Counted from the first letter of the stretch, positions 47,673 through 57,620 are shown. The stretch is DNA of 64,000 bases from Candidatus Caccoplasma intestinavium (GCA_018715885.1 DVKT01000006.1:49168-113167), one strand, 5' to 3'. Notes: generated from the letters alone by a model not told the origin. Made by a program: numbers and translations.

Positions 47673-47718
47673 AAAAAGAAGGCGGTGTGCAACAAATTGC
47701 ACACCGCCTTCTTTTTTT
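47673..47718 (+). terminator. Intrinsic terminator after the small wHTH gene
   Basis: aaaaagaaggcggtgtgc-aacaaatt-gcacaccgccttcttttt; 18-nt GC-rich arms plus a T-run. Confidence 0.9.
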
Positions 47719-47816
47719 CGCAAAAAACCAAAAAGTACACGCTTTTGCAACAAACAATCACCTCATGAATAAAAAAATAATGTATCTTAGAGCCCGAAAA
47801 TATAAACATTAAAACC

Positions 47817-48794
47817 ATGAAAAATCGGTTCAAACTCTTTATGTTGTTTTTGCTGTCGTGTACCTTGCTTTCGGCAGCCGAAAAACCCAAGCAATTGCTT
47901 ATCGTTGCACAAGACGGCAGCGGCGATTACACAACCATACAAGAAGCCATATACGCAATCCGAGACTATACGCCCGTTCCCATCACGGTCTTTATCAAAA
48001 ACGGCGTATATAATGAAAAACTTATCATACCAAGCTGGAAATGCGACATTACCCTCGAAGGTGAAAACGCCGACAGTACAATTATTTCTTACGGAGACTA
48101 CGCAGGAAAAGAACTTATATATTTTGGAGACTCTATCGCCAAAATGGGTACTTTCCGCAGCCATACGGTATTGGCTGCCGGCCATCGAATCACGCTGGAA
48201 AATCTCACTATCGAAAATACGGCCGGTCGCGTAGGGCAAGCTGTCGCCCTACATACCGAAGGCGACCAGATCATCGTCCGCAACTGTCGGTTGAAAGGGA
48301 ATCAGGATACCGTTTTTACTGGAAATGAAAAAAGCCGAGTCTACTTTGAGAACTGCTACATCGACGGTACGACCGATTTTATTTTCGGCCCGGCTACATG
48401 TTGGTTCGAGAATTGCGAAATTTTCAGCAAACAAAATTCTTACATTACAGCTGCATCATCGGCTCAGGAGAATCCTTTTGGTTACGTATTCCATAACTGC
48501 CGCCTTGCCGCAGCCGACAATGTAACCAAAGTATATTTAGGACGCCCCTGGCGTGCTTATGCCGCCGTAACCTTCATCAAATGTGATTTAGGTCGACAAA
48601 TCCGTCCCGAAGGTTGGGAAAACTGGCGTAATCCCGAAAACGAAAAAACGGCCCGTTATTCCGAATACAAAAACCACGGAGAGGGTGCCTCTACCGAAAA
48701 GAGGGTATCATGGAGTCGTCAACTGTCAAAAAAAGAAGCCAAACAATACACGCGTGAGAATGTCCTCGGCGGGAATTGGTGGCAAAACAATTGA
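47817..48794 (+). CDS. Pectin methylesterase (CE8), exported
   Basis: 325 aa. VAQDGSGDYTTIQEAI, GQAVALHT, GNQDTVF, TTDFIFG, YLGRPWRAYA. Paralogous to the C-terminal half of 42636..44279. Confidence 0.9.
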   Translation: MKNRFKLFMLFLLSCTLLSAAEKPKQLLIVAQDGSGDYTTIQEAIYAIRDYTPVPITVFIKNGVYNEKLIIPSWKCDITLEGENADSTIISYGDYAGKELIYFGDSIAKMGTFRSHTVLAAGHRITLENLTIENTAGRVGQAVALHTEGDQIIVRNCRLKGNQDTVFTGNEKSRVYFENCYIDGTTDFIFGPATCWFENCEIFSKQNSYITAASSAQENPFGYVFHNCRLAAADNVTKVYLGRPWRAYAAVTFIKCDLGRQIRPEGWENWRNPENEKTARYSEYKNHGEGASTEKRVSWSRQLSKKEAKQYTRENVLGGNWWQNN

Positions 48795-48839
48795 AAATCA
48801 ACAACTCATATAAATTACATAAAAAAAACAAAATCACCC

Positions 48840-50510
48840 ATGAAAAAAAACAGTCTCATCGCTGCATTTCTGCTGCTGGCAGGCAGCCTTTCGGCTCAAT
48901 CACTCTCGGACGTGTGGGTTCCCGACCTCGGTAACGGGAAATATAAAAACCCCATTATCGATGCCGATTATTCCGACCCTGATGTCTGCCGCGTAGGCGA
49001 CGACTATTACATGACCTCATCGAGTTTCAATTGTATTCCGGCATTGCAAATTCTTCACTCGAAAGATCTTGTCAACTGGACAATCATCGGTTATGCAGCC
49101 GAACGCTTGAAACCCGAAGACGTCTTTTCTAAACCTCAACATGGGAATGCCGTATGGGCACCCAGTATACGTTACCACAACGGGGAGTTTTATGTTTGTT
49201 ATGGCGATCCCGACCGGGGCATCTACATGATCAAGACCAAAGATCCGGCCGGCCGTTGGGACGAGCCTATTCTCGTACACCCTGCCAAAGGAATCATCGA
49301 TCCCTGCCCTTTCTGGGACGAAGACGGCAAAGCCTATATTGCTCACGGATATGCAGGTAGTCGTGCAGGTGTGAAAAGTATCATCGGTATGATAGAAATG
49401 ACTCCCGACGGAACATCATCGATCGGTTCTGACCGGGTCATTTACGACGGACATATCGGTAATGCAACCATCGAAGGCGCAAAAATGTATAAACGCGACG
49501 GATACTATTATATCTTTTCTCCGGCCGGCGGCGTAGCCACGGGTTGGCAGGTAGTGCTCCGCTCCAAGAACGTATGGGGCCCCTACGAAGCCCGTACCGT
49601 AATGGCACAAGGCAATACCGATGTTAACGGTCCTCATCAAGGCGGCTGGGTAGACACTCCCGACGGAAAAGAAGATTGGTTCGTACATTTCCAAGACAAA
49701 GGAGCATACGGGCGCGTTGTCCATCTGCAACCTATGGAATGGCTCGAAAACGGATGGCCAGTCATCGGTGTCGATAAAGACGGCGACGGTTGTGGCGAAC
49801 CCGTCTCGACCTACAAAAAACCCAACGTAGGAAAAACCTATCCAAAGGCAACACCCGCCGACAGCGACGAATTTGACAGCATAGACCTCGGCCTGCAATG
49901 GCAATGGCACGGAAATCCCAGCGCACTATGGTATTTCTGCGACGCCAACGCTTCTACCCTGAGACTTTTCTCTCATTGCACACCGGGCATGAAGAGCCTT
50001 TATGACGTACCCAATCTGCTACTGCAAAAATTCCCTACCGAAAATTTCACGGCTACAACCAAAATCAAATTCATGCCACGCGAGAATAAAGGTAAAATCA
50101 TGGCCGGAGAACGTGCCGGACTTGTCGTGATGGGTCTCGATTATGCTGTTCTCGCACTCGATAGCCGAGCCGACGGTATCTATCTGGTACAAGCCGACTG
50201 CAAGAAAGCCGATCGCGGTGCGGTCGAAAAAGAAAATACCGCCGTCAAACTCGATGGCAATGAACTTTATCTGCGCGTCAAAGTAAAACAAGCCGGAGCT
50301 AAAAAGCCGACGCAAAAAGCCGATTACAAATGCGAATGCACATTCTATTACAGCCTCGACGGTAAAAAATTCACTCCCATAGGGAAAGCATTTACCGCCA
50401 AAGAAGGAAAATGGATCGGAGCTAAAGTAGGACTTTTCTGTACTCGTACATGGGAAAGCAACGATAGCGGCTGGCTCGATGTCGATTGGTTCCGCATCAC
50501 AAAAAAATAA
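48840..50510 (+). CDS. GH43 glycoside hydrolase with C-terminal beta-sandwich (concanavalin-like) domain, exported
   Basis: 556 aa. Signal peptide ...GSLSA|QSLS. GH43 blocks NPIIDADYSDPDVCRVGDDYYMTSSSF, AVWAPSIRYHNGEFYV, IEGAKMYKRDGYYYIF. Confidence 0.85.
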   Translation: MKKNSLIAAFLLLAGSLSAQSLSDVWVPDLGNGKYKNPIIDADYSDPDVCRVGDDYYMTSSSFNCIPALQILHSKDLVNWTIIGYAAERLKPEDVFSKPQHGNAVWAPSIRYHNGEFYVCYGDPDRGIYMIKTKDPAGRWDEPILVHPAKGIIDPCPFWDEDGKAYIAHGYAGSRAGVKSIIGMIEMTPDGTSSIGSDRVIYDGHIGNATIEGAKMYKRDGYYYIFSPAGGVATGWQVVLRSKNVWGPYEARTVMAQGNTDVNGPHQGGWVDTPDGKEDWFVHFQDKGAYGRVVHLQPMEWLENGWPVIGVDKDGDGCGEPVSTYKKPNVGKTYPKATPADSDEFDSIDLGLQWQWHGNPSALWYFCDANASTLRLFSHCTPGMKSLYDVPNLLLQKFPTENFTATTKIKFMPRENKGKIMAGERAGLVVMGLDYAVLALDSRADGIYLVQADCKKADRGAVEKENTAVKLDGNELYLRVKVKQAGAKKPTQKADYKCECTFYYSLDGKKFTPIGKAFTAKEGKWIGAKVGLFCTRTWESNDSGWLDVDWFRITKK

Positions 50511-50521
50511 TCTGACAGAAG

Positions 50522-50548
50522 AAAATCGGGAATTTTTGTCCCGATTTT
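50522..50548 (+). terminator. Intrinsic terminator after GH43 (end of CAZyme cluster)
   Basis: aaaatcggga-atttttg-tcccgatttt. Confidence 0.7.
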
Positions 50549-50581
50549 CTCTTTTCTCACTACATCCAAAATCCTTACACT

Positions 50582-51772
50582 ATGACAAAACTTGGAACAG
50601 CCCTTTCTAAAATCGGTACCAAAGTCGTACTTTGCGGGTCGGGCGAACTCGGCAAAGAGGTGGCCATAGAACTGCAACGTTACGGCGTGGAAGTCGTTGC
50701 CCTCGACAAATATGCAAATGCTCCGGCCATGCAAGTAGCACACCGCTCTCATGTGCTGTCGATGCTCGATGGAGAAAAACTGCGAGAAATCATCGAAAAA
50801 GAGAAACCCGACCACATCATTCCCGAAGTAGAAGCGATTGCTACGCCGACCCTCGTAGAACTCGAAAAAGAGGGATACAATGTTACCCCTACGGCCAAAG
50901 CAACATTCCTTACCATGAACAGAGAAGGCATACGCCGCCTTGCCGCAGAAGAGTTAGGTCTGAAAACCTCTCCTTACCGCTTCGCTTCCACTCGGGAAGA
51001 ATTTGAAGCCGCTATCTCGGAAATAGGCATGCCTTGCGTCGTAAAACCCATTATGAGCTCATCGGGACACGGACAAAGCGTTGTCCGTTCCGCATCGGAC
51101 ATCGACCCCGCTTGGAACTATGCGCAAGAAGGCGGGCGAGCCGGAGCCGGACGTGTCATTGTGGAAGGATTTGTAAATTTCGATTATGAAATAACCCTGC
51201 TTACCGTCCGCCACATCGGAGGTACGACATTCCTCAAACCTATCGGGCATCATCAGGTCGACGGTGATTATCGGGAATCGTGGCAACCCCAGGCAATGAG
51301 CGAGAAAGCGCTGAAAGCCGCCGAAGAGATCGCAGGGAAAATCACGGAAGCTTTGGGCGGTTGGGGCATATTCGGTGTAGAAATGTTTATCCGGGGCGAT
51401 GAAGTCATATTCAGCGAGGTTTCGCCCCGCCCGCACGATACCGGTATGGTAACCATGATTTCACAAGATATGTCGGAGTTTGCCCTACATGCCCGCGCCG
51501 TTCTGGGACTTCCGGTTCCGGGAATCCGGTTCCATGCGCCATCGGCATCGAAAGCTATTGTCGTAGAAGGAGATACCGATAAAGTCGAATTCGATAACCT
51601 CGAAGAGGTCCTGAGCGAACCCGATGTACAAATACGCATATTCGGCAAGGCAGAAGTCAACGGACATCGCCGTTTAGGAGTCATTCTGGCGTGTGCCGAC
51701 ACGGTAGAAGAGGCTCTTGCCAAAGCCGAACGAGCTTATTCCAAACTCAAAATCAATGTGCTACCTCGATAA
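50582..51772 (+). CDS. purT: Formate-dependent phosphoribosylglycinamide formyltransferase (GAR transformylase 2)
   Basis: 396 aa. ATP-grasp; N-terminus [22 protein letters not shown]; full-length PurT-like. Confidence 0.92.
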   Translation: MTKLGTALSKIGTKVVLCGSGELGKEVAIELQRYGVEVVALDKYANAPAMQVAHRSHVLSMLDGEKLREIIEKEKPDHIIPEVEAIATPTLVELEKEGYNVTPTAKATFLTMNREGIRRLAAEELGLKTSPYRFASTREEFEAAISEIGMPCVVKPIMSSSGHGQSVVRSASDIDPAWNYAQEGGRAGAGRVIVEGFVNFDYEITLLTVRHIGGTTFLKPIGHHQVDGDYRESWQPQAMSEKALKAAEEIAGKITEALGGWGIFGVEMFIRGDEVIFSEVSPRPHDTGMVTMISQDMSEFALHARAVLGLPVPGIRFHAPSASKAIVVEGDTDKVEFDNLEEVLSEPDVQIRIFGKAEVNGHRRLGVILACADTVEEALAKAERAYSKLKINVLPR

Positions 51773-51797
51773 GTAATCATACCTTGTCGATTCTCGT

Positions 51798-51838
51798 AAA
51801 AACAAGCGTGCCATTCATGAATGGCACGCTTGTTTTTG
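51798..51838. terminator. Bidirectional intrinsic terminator (purT / mrp, convergent)
   Basis: aaaaacaagcgtgccatt-catg-aatggcacgcttgttttt. Confidence 0.88.
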
Positions 51839-51873
51839 CATAAATTTCCGACAGATAAATAATATCAAAAGTA

Positions 51874-52980
51874 TTATTTATGCGTCTCTACAATATGTGT
51901 AGGCGGTAATGTCTCATTACGCCGGGAGACTGCATCAACCACCATTCGGGCCAAGTCGGAAAATGCCATACCCGTAACCGTACTTTCATCAAGGGCGACC
52001 GGACGTCCTTCGTCTCCACCCTCGCAAATACTCTGTACGATAGGAATTTGTCCCAACAACGGAACATGCAATTCCTCCGCCAGTCGTTTAGCTCCTTCCT
52101 TACCGAAAATATAATACCGGTTTTCGGGCAATTCGGCCGGTGTAAACCAAGCCATATTCTCTACCAAGCCGAGAACAGGAACATTCACCTTATCGTTGGT
52201 AAACATATCGATACCTTTACGAGCATCGGCCAAAGCCACCTGTTGCGGCGTGGAAACGACAATAGCACCGGTAATCGCCAATGTCTGAATGAGCGTGAGG
52301 TGTATATCGCTCGTTCCCGGCGGCAAGTCGAGCACAAAATAATCGAGATCGCCCCAATCGGCATCGGTAATGAGTTGTTTCAAGGCATTGCTCGCCATTC
52401 CGCCACGCCATACCACAGCACTGTCGGGATTCACAAAGAATCCGATCGAAAGCAACTTCACCCCATACTTCTCAACCGGAATAATAAGGTCGCGGCCATC
52501 GACACGCTCGGCATAAGGCCGTTCGTCCTCGACATCGAACATTTTCGGCATAGACGGTCCGAAAATATCGGCATCGAGCAAGCCCACTTTATAGCCCAAC
52601 CGGGCAAGAGCAACCGCCAAATTGGCCGAAACGGTCGATTTACCTACTCCGCCCTTACCCGACGATACGGCAATAATGTTCTTCACTTGCGGGAGAAGTT
52701 TCCCGGGTGCCGGAGCCTGCGCCTGCCTGCTTTTCACCCGTATATTGCCTTTGATTTCGACGTCCTCGCCCACATAGGTAAGAATCGCCGTTTCGGCAGC
52801 TTTCACTACCGATTTCTGAAAAGGATCGTTTGGACGCTCGAATATGAGGGAAAAAGAGACTTTATTCCCCTCGATACGAATATCGTCTTCCACCATTCCC
52901 GCAGCAACAAGGTCTTTGCCGTTACCGGGATAACGCACCGTTGCCAGCGCGTCGAGAATCAATTTAGGATATATTGCCAT
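51874..52980 (-). CDS. Mrp/ApbC/NBP35-type Fe-S cluster carrier ATPase
   Basis: ORF 51874..53115 trimmed to ATG 52980 (MAIYPKLILDAL...), because the longer form overlaps trmB. Walker A SGKGGVGKST. N-terminal DUF59-like domain. Confidence 0.9.
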   Translation of the reverse strand: MAIYPKLILDALATVRYPGNGKDLVAAGMVEDDIRIEGNKVSFSLIFERPNDPFQKSVVKAAETAILTYVGEDVEIKGNIRVKSRQAQAPAPGKLLPQVKNIIAVSSGKGGVGKSTVSANLAVALARLGYKVGLLDADIFGPSMPKMFDVEDERPYAERVDGRDLIIPVEKYGVKLLSIGFFVNPDSAVVWRGGMASNALKQLITDADWGDLDYFVLDLPPGTSDIHLTLIQTLAITGAIVVSTPQQVALADARKGIDMFTNDKVNVPVLGLVENMAWFTPAELPENRYYIFGKEGAKRLAEELHVPLLGQIPIVQSICEGGDEGRPVALDESTVTGMAFSDLARMVVDAVSRRNETLPPTHIVETHK

Positions 52981-53005
52981 ATGATATAAAAATAAGATTT
53001 CAGAA

Positions 53006-53764
53006 TCATTTTCCCGAGGCGGCGGCACTCCGTTTGCCACGGTTGAAACTTCGGTAAGAATCGTATTCGATTTCCACATCGGGTTCGACCAATGCATCTC
53101 GATGCTCGCACACAAACTGAATATATTTGATCGTCATGCCCCGGTCGAGCCATTGCTGTTCGTAAAAAGTGCGGATAGAGAGGATCTCGTCATCGATTCC
53201 CGAATGATAAAGATCCGCGGTCTGAACCCGTACCGGATAATGATTTGCTTTCACCATCTCACAAGTATATGTATAGAGGAACGGACTATCACTTTTGAGA
53301 TGTATCAGCCCGTCGGGTCGTAACAATCGGCGATAAAGCTCCATAAAACGAGTCGAGGTAAGCCGTTTACGCACTTTCTTCATTTGAGGATCGGGAAAAG
53401 TAATCCATATCTCCGACACCTCCCCGGGAGCAAAAAAATGGTCAATAAGCTCTATCGATGTGCGCAGAAACGCCACATTCGACAGCCCCTCCTGCAACGA
53501 AGCCTTGGCCCCCGTCCACATACGAGCACCTTTTATATCAATGCCGATGAAATTTTTATTCGGATACTTTCGGGCCAATCCTACGGCGTACTCACCTTTA
53601 CCGCAGCCCAGTTCGAGGACAATGGGATTGTCGTTCTTAAAAAAATCGATATTCCACCGACCTTTCATATCAAAACCTTTTTCCCGCAACACGGCAAACG
53701 GGTATTGGAATACATGCGGATAACCGCTCATATCATCGAATTTCTGTAATTTATTCTTTCCCAT
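53006..53764 (-). CDS. trmB: tRNA (guanine46-N7)-methyltransferase
   Basis: 252 aa. SAM motif [10 protein letters not shown] and FPDPQMKK block typical of TrmB. Confidence 0.88.
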   Translation of the reverse strand: MGKNKLQKFDDMSGYPHVFQYPFAVLREKGFDMKGRWNIDFFKNDNPIVLELGCGKGEYAVGLARKYPNKNFIGIDIKGARMWTGAKASLQEGLSNVAFLRTSIELIDHFFAPGEVSEIWITFPDPQMKKVRKRLTSTRFMELYRRLLRPDGLIHLKSDSPFLYTYTCEMVKANHYPVRVQTADLYHSGIDDEILSIRTFYEQQWLDRGMTIKYIQFVCEHRDALVEPDVEIEYDSYRSFNRGKRSAAASGK

Positions 53765-53774
53765 AATACAAGTC

Positions 53775-54461
53775 TTACATACGACTATCGAAACGTATGA
53801 TATGTTCTACAACAAAAAGATCGCGTATATCGCTCTTCCGCACCTCTATGTCGTCATATTCCTTATTGGCGCTACGCAAAATCACCATCGAGGGATCGCT
53901 GTGCTTACGTATATACTTCACCATACGGTAATCATCGAGCAACACGACATAAATCTGTCCCCAAAAAATAAGGTCGAGATTGCGCACTTCCCTTATGGCC
54001 ACCATATCGCCGCAGCATATGACCGGCTGCATACTATCGCCGCTTACCCGCACGATACTGCTGTCGGGACTGATAAAAGGAACGTCTATCGCCCCGATCA
54101 GACGATCGCTCGAAAACATCATGCTGCGCCCCATACTACCGGCCGTTACATCGACATCGTACACCTTAGCACCTTTTCGCACGTCGGTACATATGGCCGA
54201 CGCCGGCAACGAAATAGCCTTGCTGTGTTGCGGAGGCGTCATATAGAATATGTTTCCTGTTCCGCTGAGCAGCCACTCTTTCGAGACTCCCAGCCCCACA
54301 ACTATTTTGTTGACGAGGGAATCATTGATGGGCAACTTGCCGTTCACGTGCTTCGAGAAATTGGAGCGGTCGGTCTTAATACGATCGGCAAACTCATTTT
54401 GGGTGATTTGCAGAATACGTATCAATTCCCTGACTCGTCCTATAAGTACATCGTTGGTCAT
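53775..54461 (-). CDS. XRE-type HTH + S24 peptidase repressor (phage CI / LexA-like autocleaving architecture)
   Basis: 228 aa. N-terminal HTH ([26 protein letters not shown]). Candidate Ala-Gly cleavage site (VDVTAGSMG). Catalytic Ser in SGDSMQP and Lys 39 residues later (MVKYIRK). Confidence 0.8.
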   Translation of the reverse strand: MTNDVLIGRVRELIRILQITQNEFADRIKTDRSNFSKHVNGKLPINDSLVNKIVVGLGVSKEWLLSGTGNIFYMTPPQHSKAISLPASAICTDVRKGAKVYDVDVTAGSMGRSMMFSSDRLIGAIDVPFISPDSSIVRVSGDSMQPVICCGDMVAIREVRNLDLIFWGQIYVVLLDDYRMVKYIRKHSDPSMVILRSANKEYDDIEVRKSDIRDLFVVEHIIRFDSRM

Positions 54462-54510
54462 AGCGGGATTTTTTATTGGACTTTCCGATTTGATAAATAT
54501 CGCACGATTC

Positions 54511-54528
54511 TATGGTTATATTACCATA
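54511..54528. promoter_or_regulatory. Near-perfect 18-bp palindrome (candidate operator) in the leader of the HTH-S24 gene
   Basis: tatggtTatatTaccata is symmetric at 16 of 18 positions. Lies ~13 nt downstream of the -7 box. Confidence 0.4.
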
Positions 54529-54540
54529 TATTTGTACCGA

Positions 54541-54548
54541 CAAAGGTA
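54541..54548 (-). promoter_or_regulatory. -7 box (TACCTTTG) for the HTH-S24 repressor gene
   Basis: TAnnTTTG match on the minus strand ~80 nt upstream of ATG 54461. Confidence 0.5.
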
Positions 54549-54655
54549 AGTAAAGAGTTTTAAATATCCTATTATTTTAGGCATATTTTTTATTTCTACG
54601 CTTTTTGAGTCATTTCATATTCATGGTTTTATGCCAATTACATTCTTATAAAATG

Positions 54656-54755
54656 GTATTCGACGGGAAGGACGACCTTTCTTTTTAGGATTGTTTAATC
54701 GGAGGAACGGGAACCTTCGGACTTTGGACTTATGTCGTCCTTCCCTACCGAATAC
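54656..54755. other. ~100-nt element closed by a 19-bp interrupted inverted repeat (structured RNA or MITE-like element)
   Basis: gtattcg (54656..54662) + gggaaggacgac (54665..54676) pair with gtcgtccttccc (54734..54745) + cgaatac (54749..54755). 57-nt interior. Ends 17 nt before the ATG of the orphan ORF. Confidence 0.45.
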
Positions 54756-54772
54756 GAAAAAAAAGATTATAT

Positions 54773-55096
54773 ATGATAGAGTTAAACACGCGCCATTTGG
54801 CACTCTTATGTGCCGGACAATTTATCGCCCATTTCGATTATGACGACCTTGTCGACAACCGGTATTGCAGCGAATACGAAACGAATATCAGCAGCACGCC
54901 GTTGCTCCTGCATTGCCGAGCCCGCTTCGATAAAAAAGGAGAACAAATAAGCGATTTCGACTTCGATGTAGAAAGTTGCGACCGCCGCACACAACTGCAT
55001 ATCATAGGATCTATGCAACAAGCACGCAGCAAAGCCCGCCAATGGATAAACGCCTATCTCAAAAACTATCGCACTTATTGCCCGCTCGAAATATAA
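54773..55096 (+). CDS. Hypothetical protein, no recognisable family
   Basis: 107-aa ORF ending 2 nt before a strong bidirectional terminator (55099..55125). Codon choice looks like its neighbours. No motif recognised and no TAnnTTTG box found upstream. Confidence 0.5.
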   Translation: MIELNTRHLALLCAGQFIAHFDYDDLVDNRYCSEYETNISSTPLLLHCRARFDKKGEQISDFDFDVESCDRRTQLHIIGSMQQARSKARQWINAYLKNYRTYCPLEI

Positions 55097-55098
55097 AA

Positions 55099-55125
55099 AA
55101 AGCTGCCCGTGTATCGGGCAGCTTT
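55099..55125. terminator. Bidirectional intrinsic terminator (orphan ORF / gap, convergent)
   Basis: aaagctgcccg-tgtat-cgggcagcttt with an A-run upstream. Confidence 0.8.
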
Positions 55126-55149
55126 CCGGCTTTATTGATAAGAAATATC

Positions 55150-56193
<1,044 letters not shown>

Positions 56194-56236
56194 TTATTCC
56201 GAATTTGTTCAAAACGAATCTTTCGATTTTGCGATG

Positions 56237-56244
56237 CAAAGGTA
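56237..56244 (-). promoter_or_regulatory. -7 box (TACCTTTG) for gap
   Basis: TAnnTTTG match on the minus strand ~80 nt upstream of ATG 56157. Confidence 0.55.
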
Positions 56245-56499
56245 GCTATTTTATCTTTATGCCCGCATCTTTTTTCAAGAAAAATAGTGTTCAATATACC
56301 CTATCCTCTTGAAAATTTTTATTTTACAATTCATTTTGATATGTAAAGTTTACAAAATAGATTTTTTACTCTGTCAAACAAAAAAGATTTTCATTCGGGC
56401 AATTCCTTTCTCCTCCACCCAAATGAACCCGGAGGATATCCAAACACGGCATTTTACAAAATTAAATAGAGAAAATTTTCCATAAAAGAAAATCTGCTA

Positions 56500-56507
56500 T
56501 ACCTTTG
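56500..56507 (+). promoter_or_regulatory. -7 box (TACCTTTG) for mdh
   Basis: TAnnTTTG match ~69 nt upstream of ATG 56576. Confidence 0.55.
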
Positions 56508-56575
56508 TACAATAGAAAAATCGGTTTTTGAAAACACGTAAAAAAGATTGTATAACCCTTTAATTTTAAAAGATC

Positions 56576-57505
56576 ATGGCAAAAATCACAGTCGTAGGCG
56601 CCGGAAATGTAGGCGCAACATGTGCCAATGTTTTGGCTTTCAATGAAGTTGCTGACGAAATCGTATTGCTTGATATTAAAGAAGGTGTATCCGAAGGTAA
56701 AGCTCTCGACATGATGCAGACTGCAACCCTGCTCGGATTCGACACCAAAATCAACGGTGTTACCAATGATTACACCAAAACTGCCGGCTCGGACGTCGTT
56801 GTCATTACCTCGGGTATTCCCCGCAAACCTGGCATGACCCGCGAAGAGCTCATCGGCGTAAACGCCGGTATCGTAAAAACCGTTACCGAAAGCGTATTGG
56901 CCCACTCTCCCAATGCCATTATCGTGTGCGTAAGCAACCCAATGGATACAATGACCTACTTGATACAAAAGACTTCGGGACTGCCCAAGAACCGTATCAT
57001 CGGTATGGGCGGGGCTCTCGACAGCTCACGCTTCAAATGCTATCTGAGCAAAGCTCTCAATACCAACCCCAATGAAATCGAAGGCGTAGTCATCGGCGGA
57101 CATGGCGATACTACAATGATACCTCTGTCTCGCTTGGCAACATACAAAGGTGTACCCGTTACCCAACTCCTCGACAAAGAAGTTCTCGACAAGGTTGTTG
57201 CCGACACGATGGTAGGTGGCGCTACGCTCACCAAAATGCTCGGGACATCGGCATGGTACGCACCGGGTGCAGCGGCAGCCTATGTAGCCGAAGCCATTAT
57301 CCGCGACCAGAAAAAAGTCGTTCCTTGCAGTGTTTATCTCGAAGGCGAGTACGGAGAAAGCAACATCTGTATCGGCGTTCCCGTCGTTTTAGGCCGTACA
57401 GGTTGGGAAAAAGTCATAGACTTCAAACTCAACGACGAAGAAACCGCTCTTTTCAAAGCCAGTGCAGAAGCTGTGCGCAAGACCAACAGCGCCCTCAGTC
57501 TCTAA
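56576..57505 (+). CDS. mdh: Malate dehydrogenase (LDH-like family)
   Basis: 309 aa; VVGAGNVGATCA, ITSGIPRKPGMTR, GGHGDT motifs. Confidence 0.94.
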   Translation: MAKITVVGAGNVGATCANVLAFNEVADEIVLLDIKEGVSEGKALDMMQTATLLGFDTKINGVTNDYTKTAGSDVVVITSGIPRKPGMTREELIGVNAGIVKTVTESVLAHSPNAIIVCVSNPMDTMTYLIQKTSGLPKNRIIGMGGALDSSRFKCYLSKALNTNPNEIEGVVIGGHGDTTMIPLSRLATYKGVPVTQLLDKEVLDKVVADTMVGGATLTKMLGTSAWYAPGAAAAYVAEAIIRDQKKVVPCSVYLEGEYGESNICIGVPVVLGRTGWEKVIDFKLNDEETALFKASAEAVRKTNSALSL

Positions 57506-57524
57506 AACACGATCTGCCAATATA

Positions 57525-57555
57525 ACGGCCACACAAAAATGTGTGGCCGTTTTTG
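57525..57555 (+). terminator. Intrinsic terminator after mdh
   Basis: acggccacac-aaaaat-gtgtggccgt followed by ttttg. Confidence 0.8.
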
Positions 57556-57620
57556 TACCAGCGCCACGATAAAATTACCTAAAAAAGCCCGACGGATAGC
57601 AACAGATGCGAAATATTTTT

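Noticed and set aside
48843-48850. Homopolymer tracts (A8 at the GH43 start, G7 at ~14884 in the nfnA-like gene, C7 at ~6895 in the POT gene) as possible phase-variation switches
   Set aside because: The tracts are short, encode ordinary Lys/Gly runs in otherwise intact housekeeping-type genes, and have no associated invertible repeats or recombinase.
54665-54680. GG-ACGA-CC hairpin resembling a guanidine-II (mini-ykkC) stem-loop; a second GGACGACC at 23647..23659 in the GH43 leader
   Set aside because: mini-ykkC needs two tandem ACGR tetraloop hairpins in one leader and is associated with SugE/EmrE-type or guanidine-metabolism genes. Here each site has a single such hairpin. The nearby ACGG (54706..54709) sits in an 8-nt loop, and the downstream genes are unrelated. 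Treated as chance.
54621-54803. 60-aa very basic ORF on the minus strand overlapping the structured element
   Set aside because: Its coding capacity derives from the two arms of the inverted repeat (GREGRH / KGRPSRR). It overlaps the start of the better-supported + strand ORF and has no promoter box. Likely spurious.
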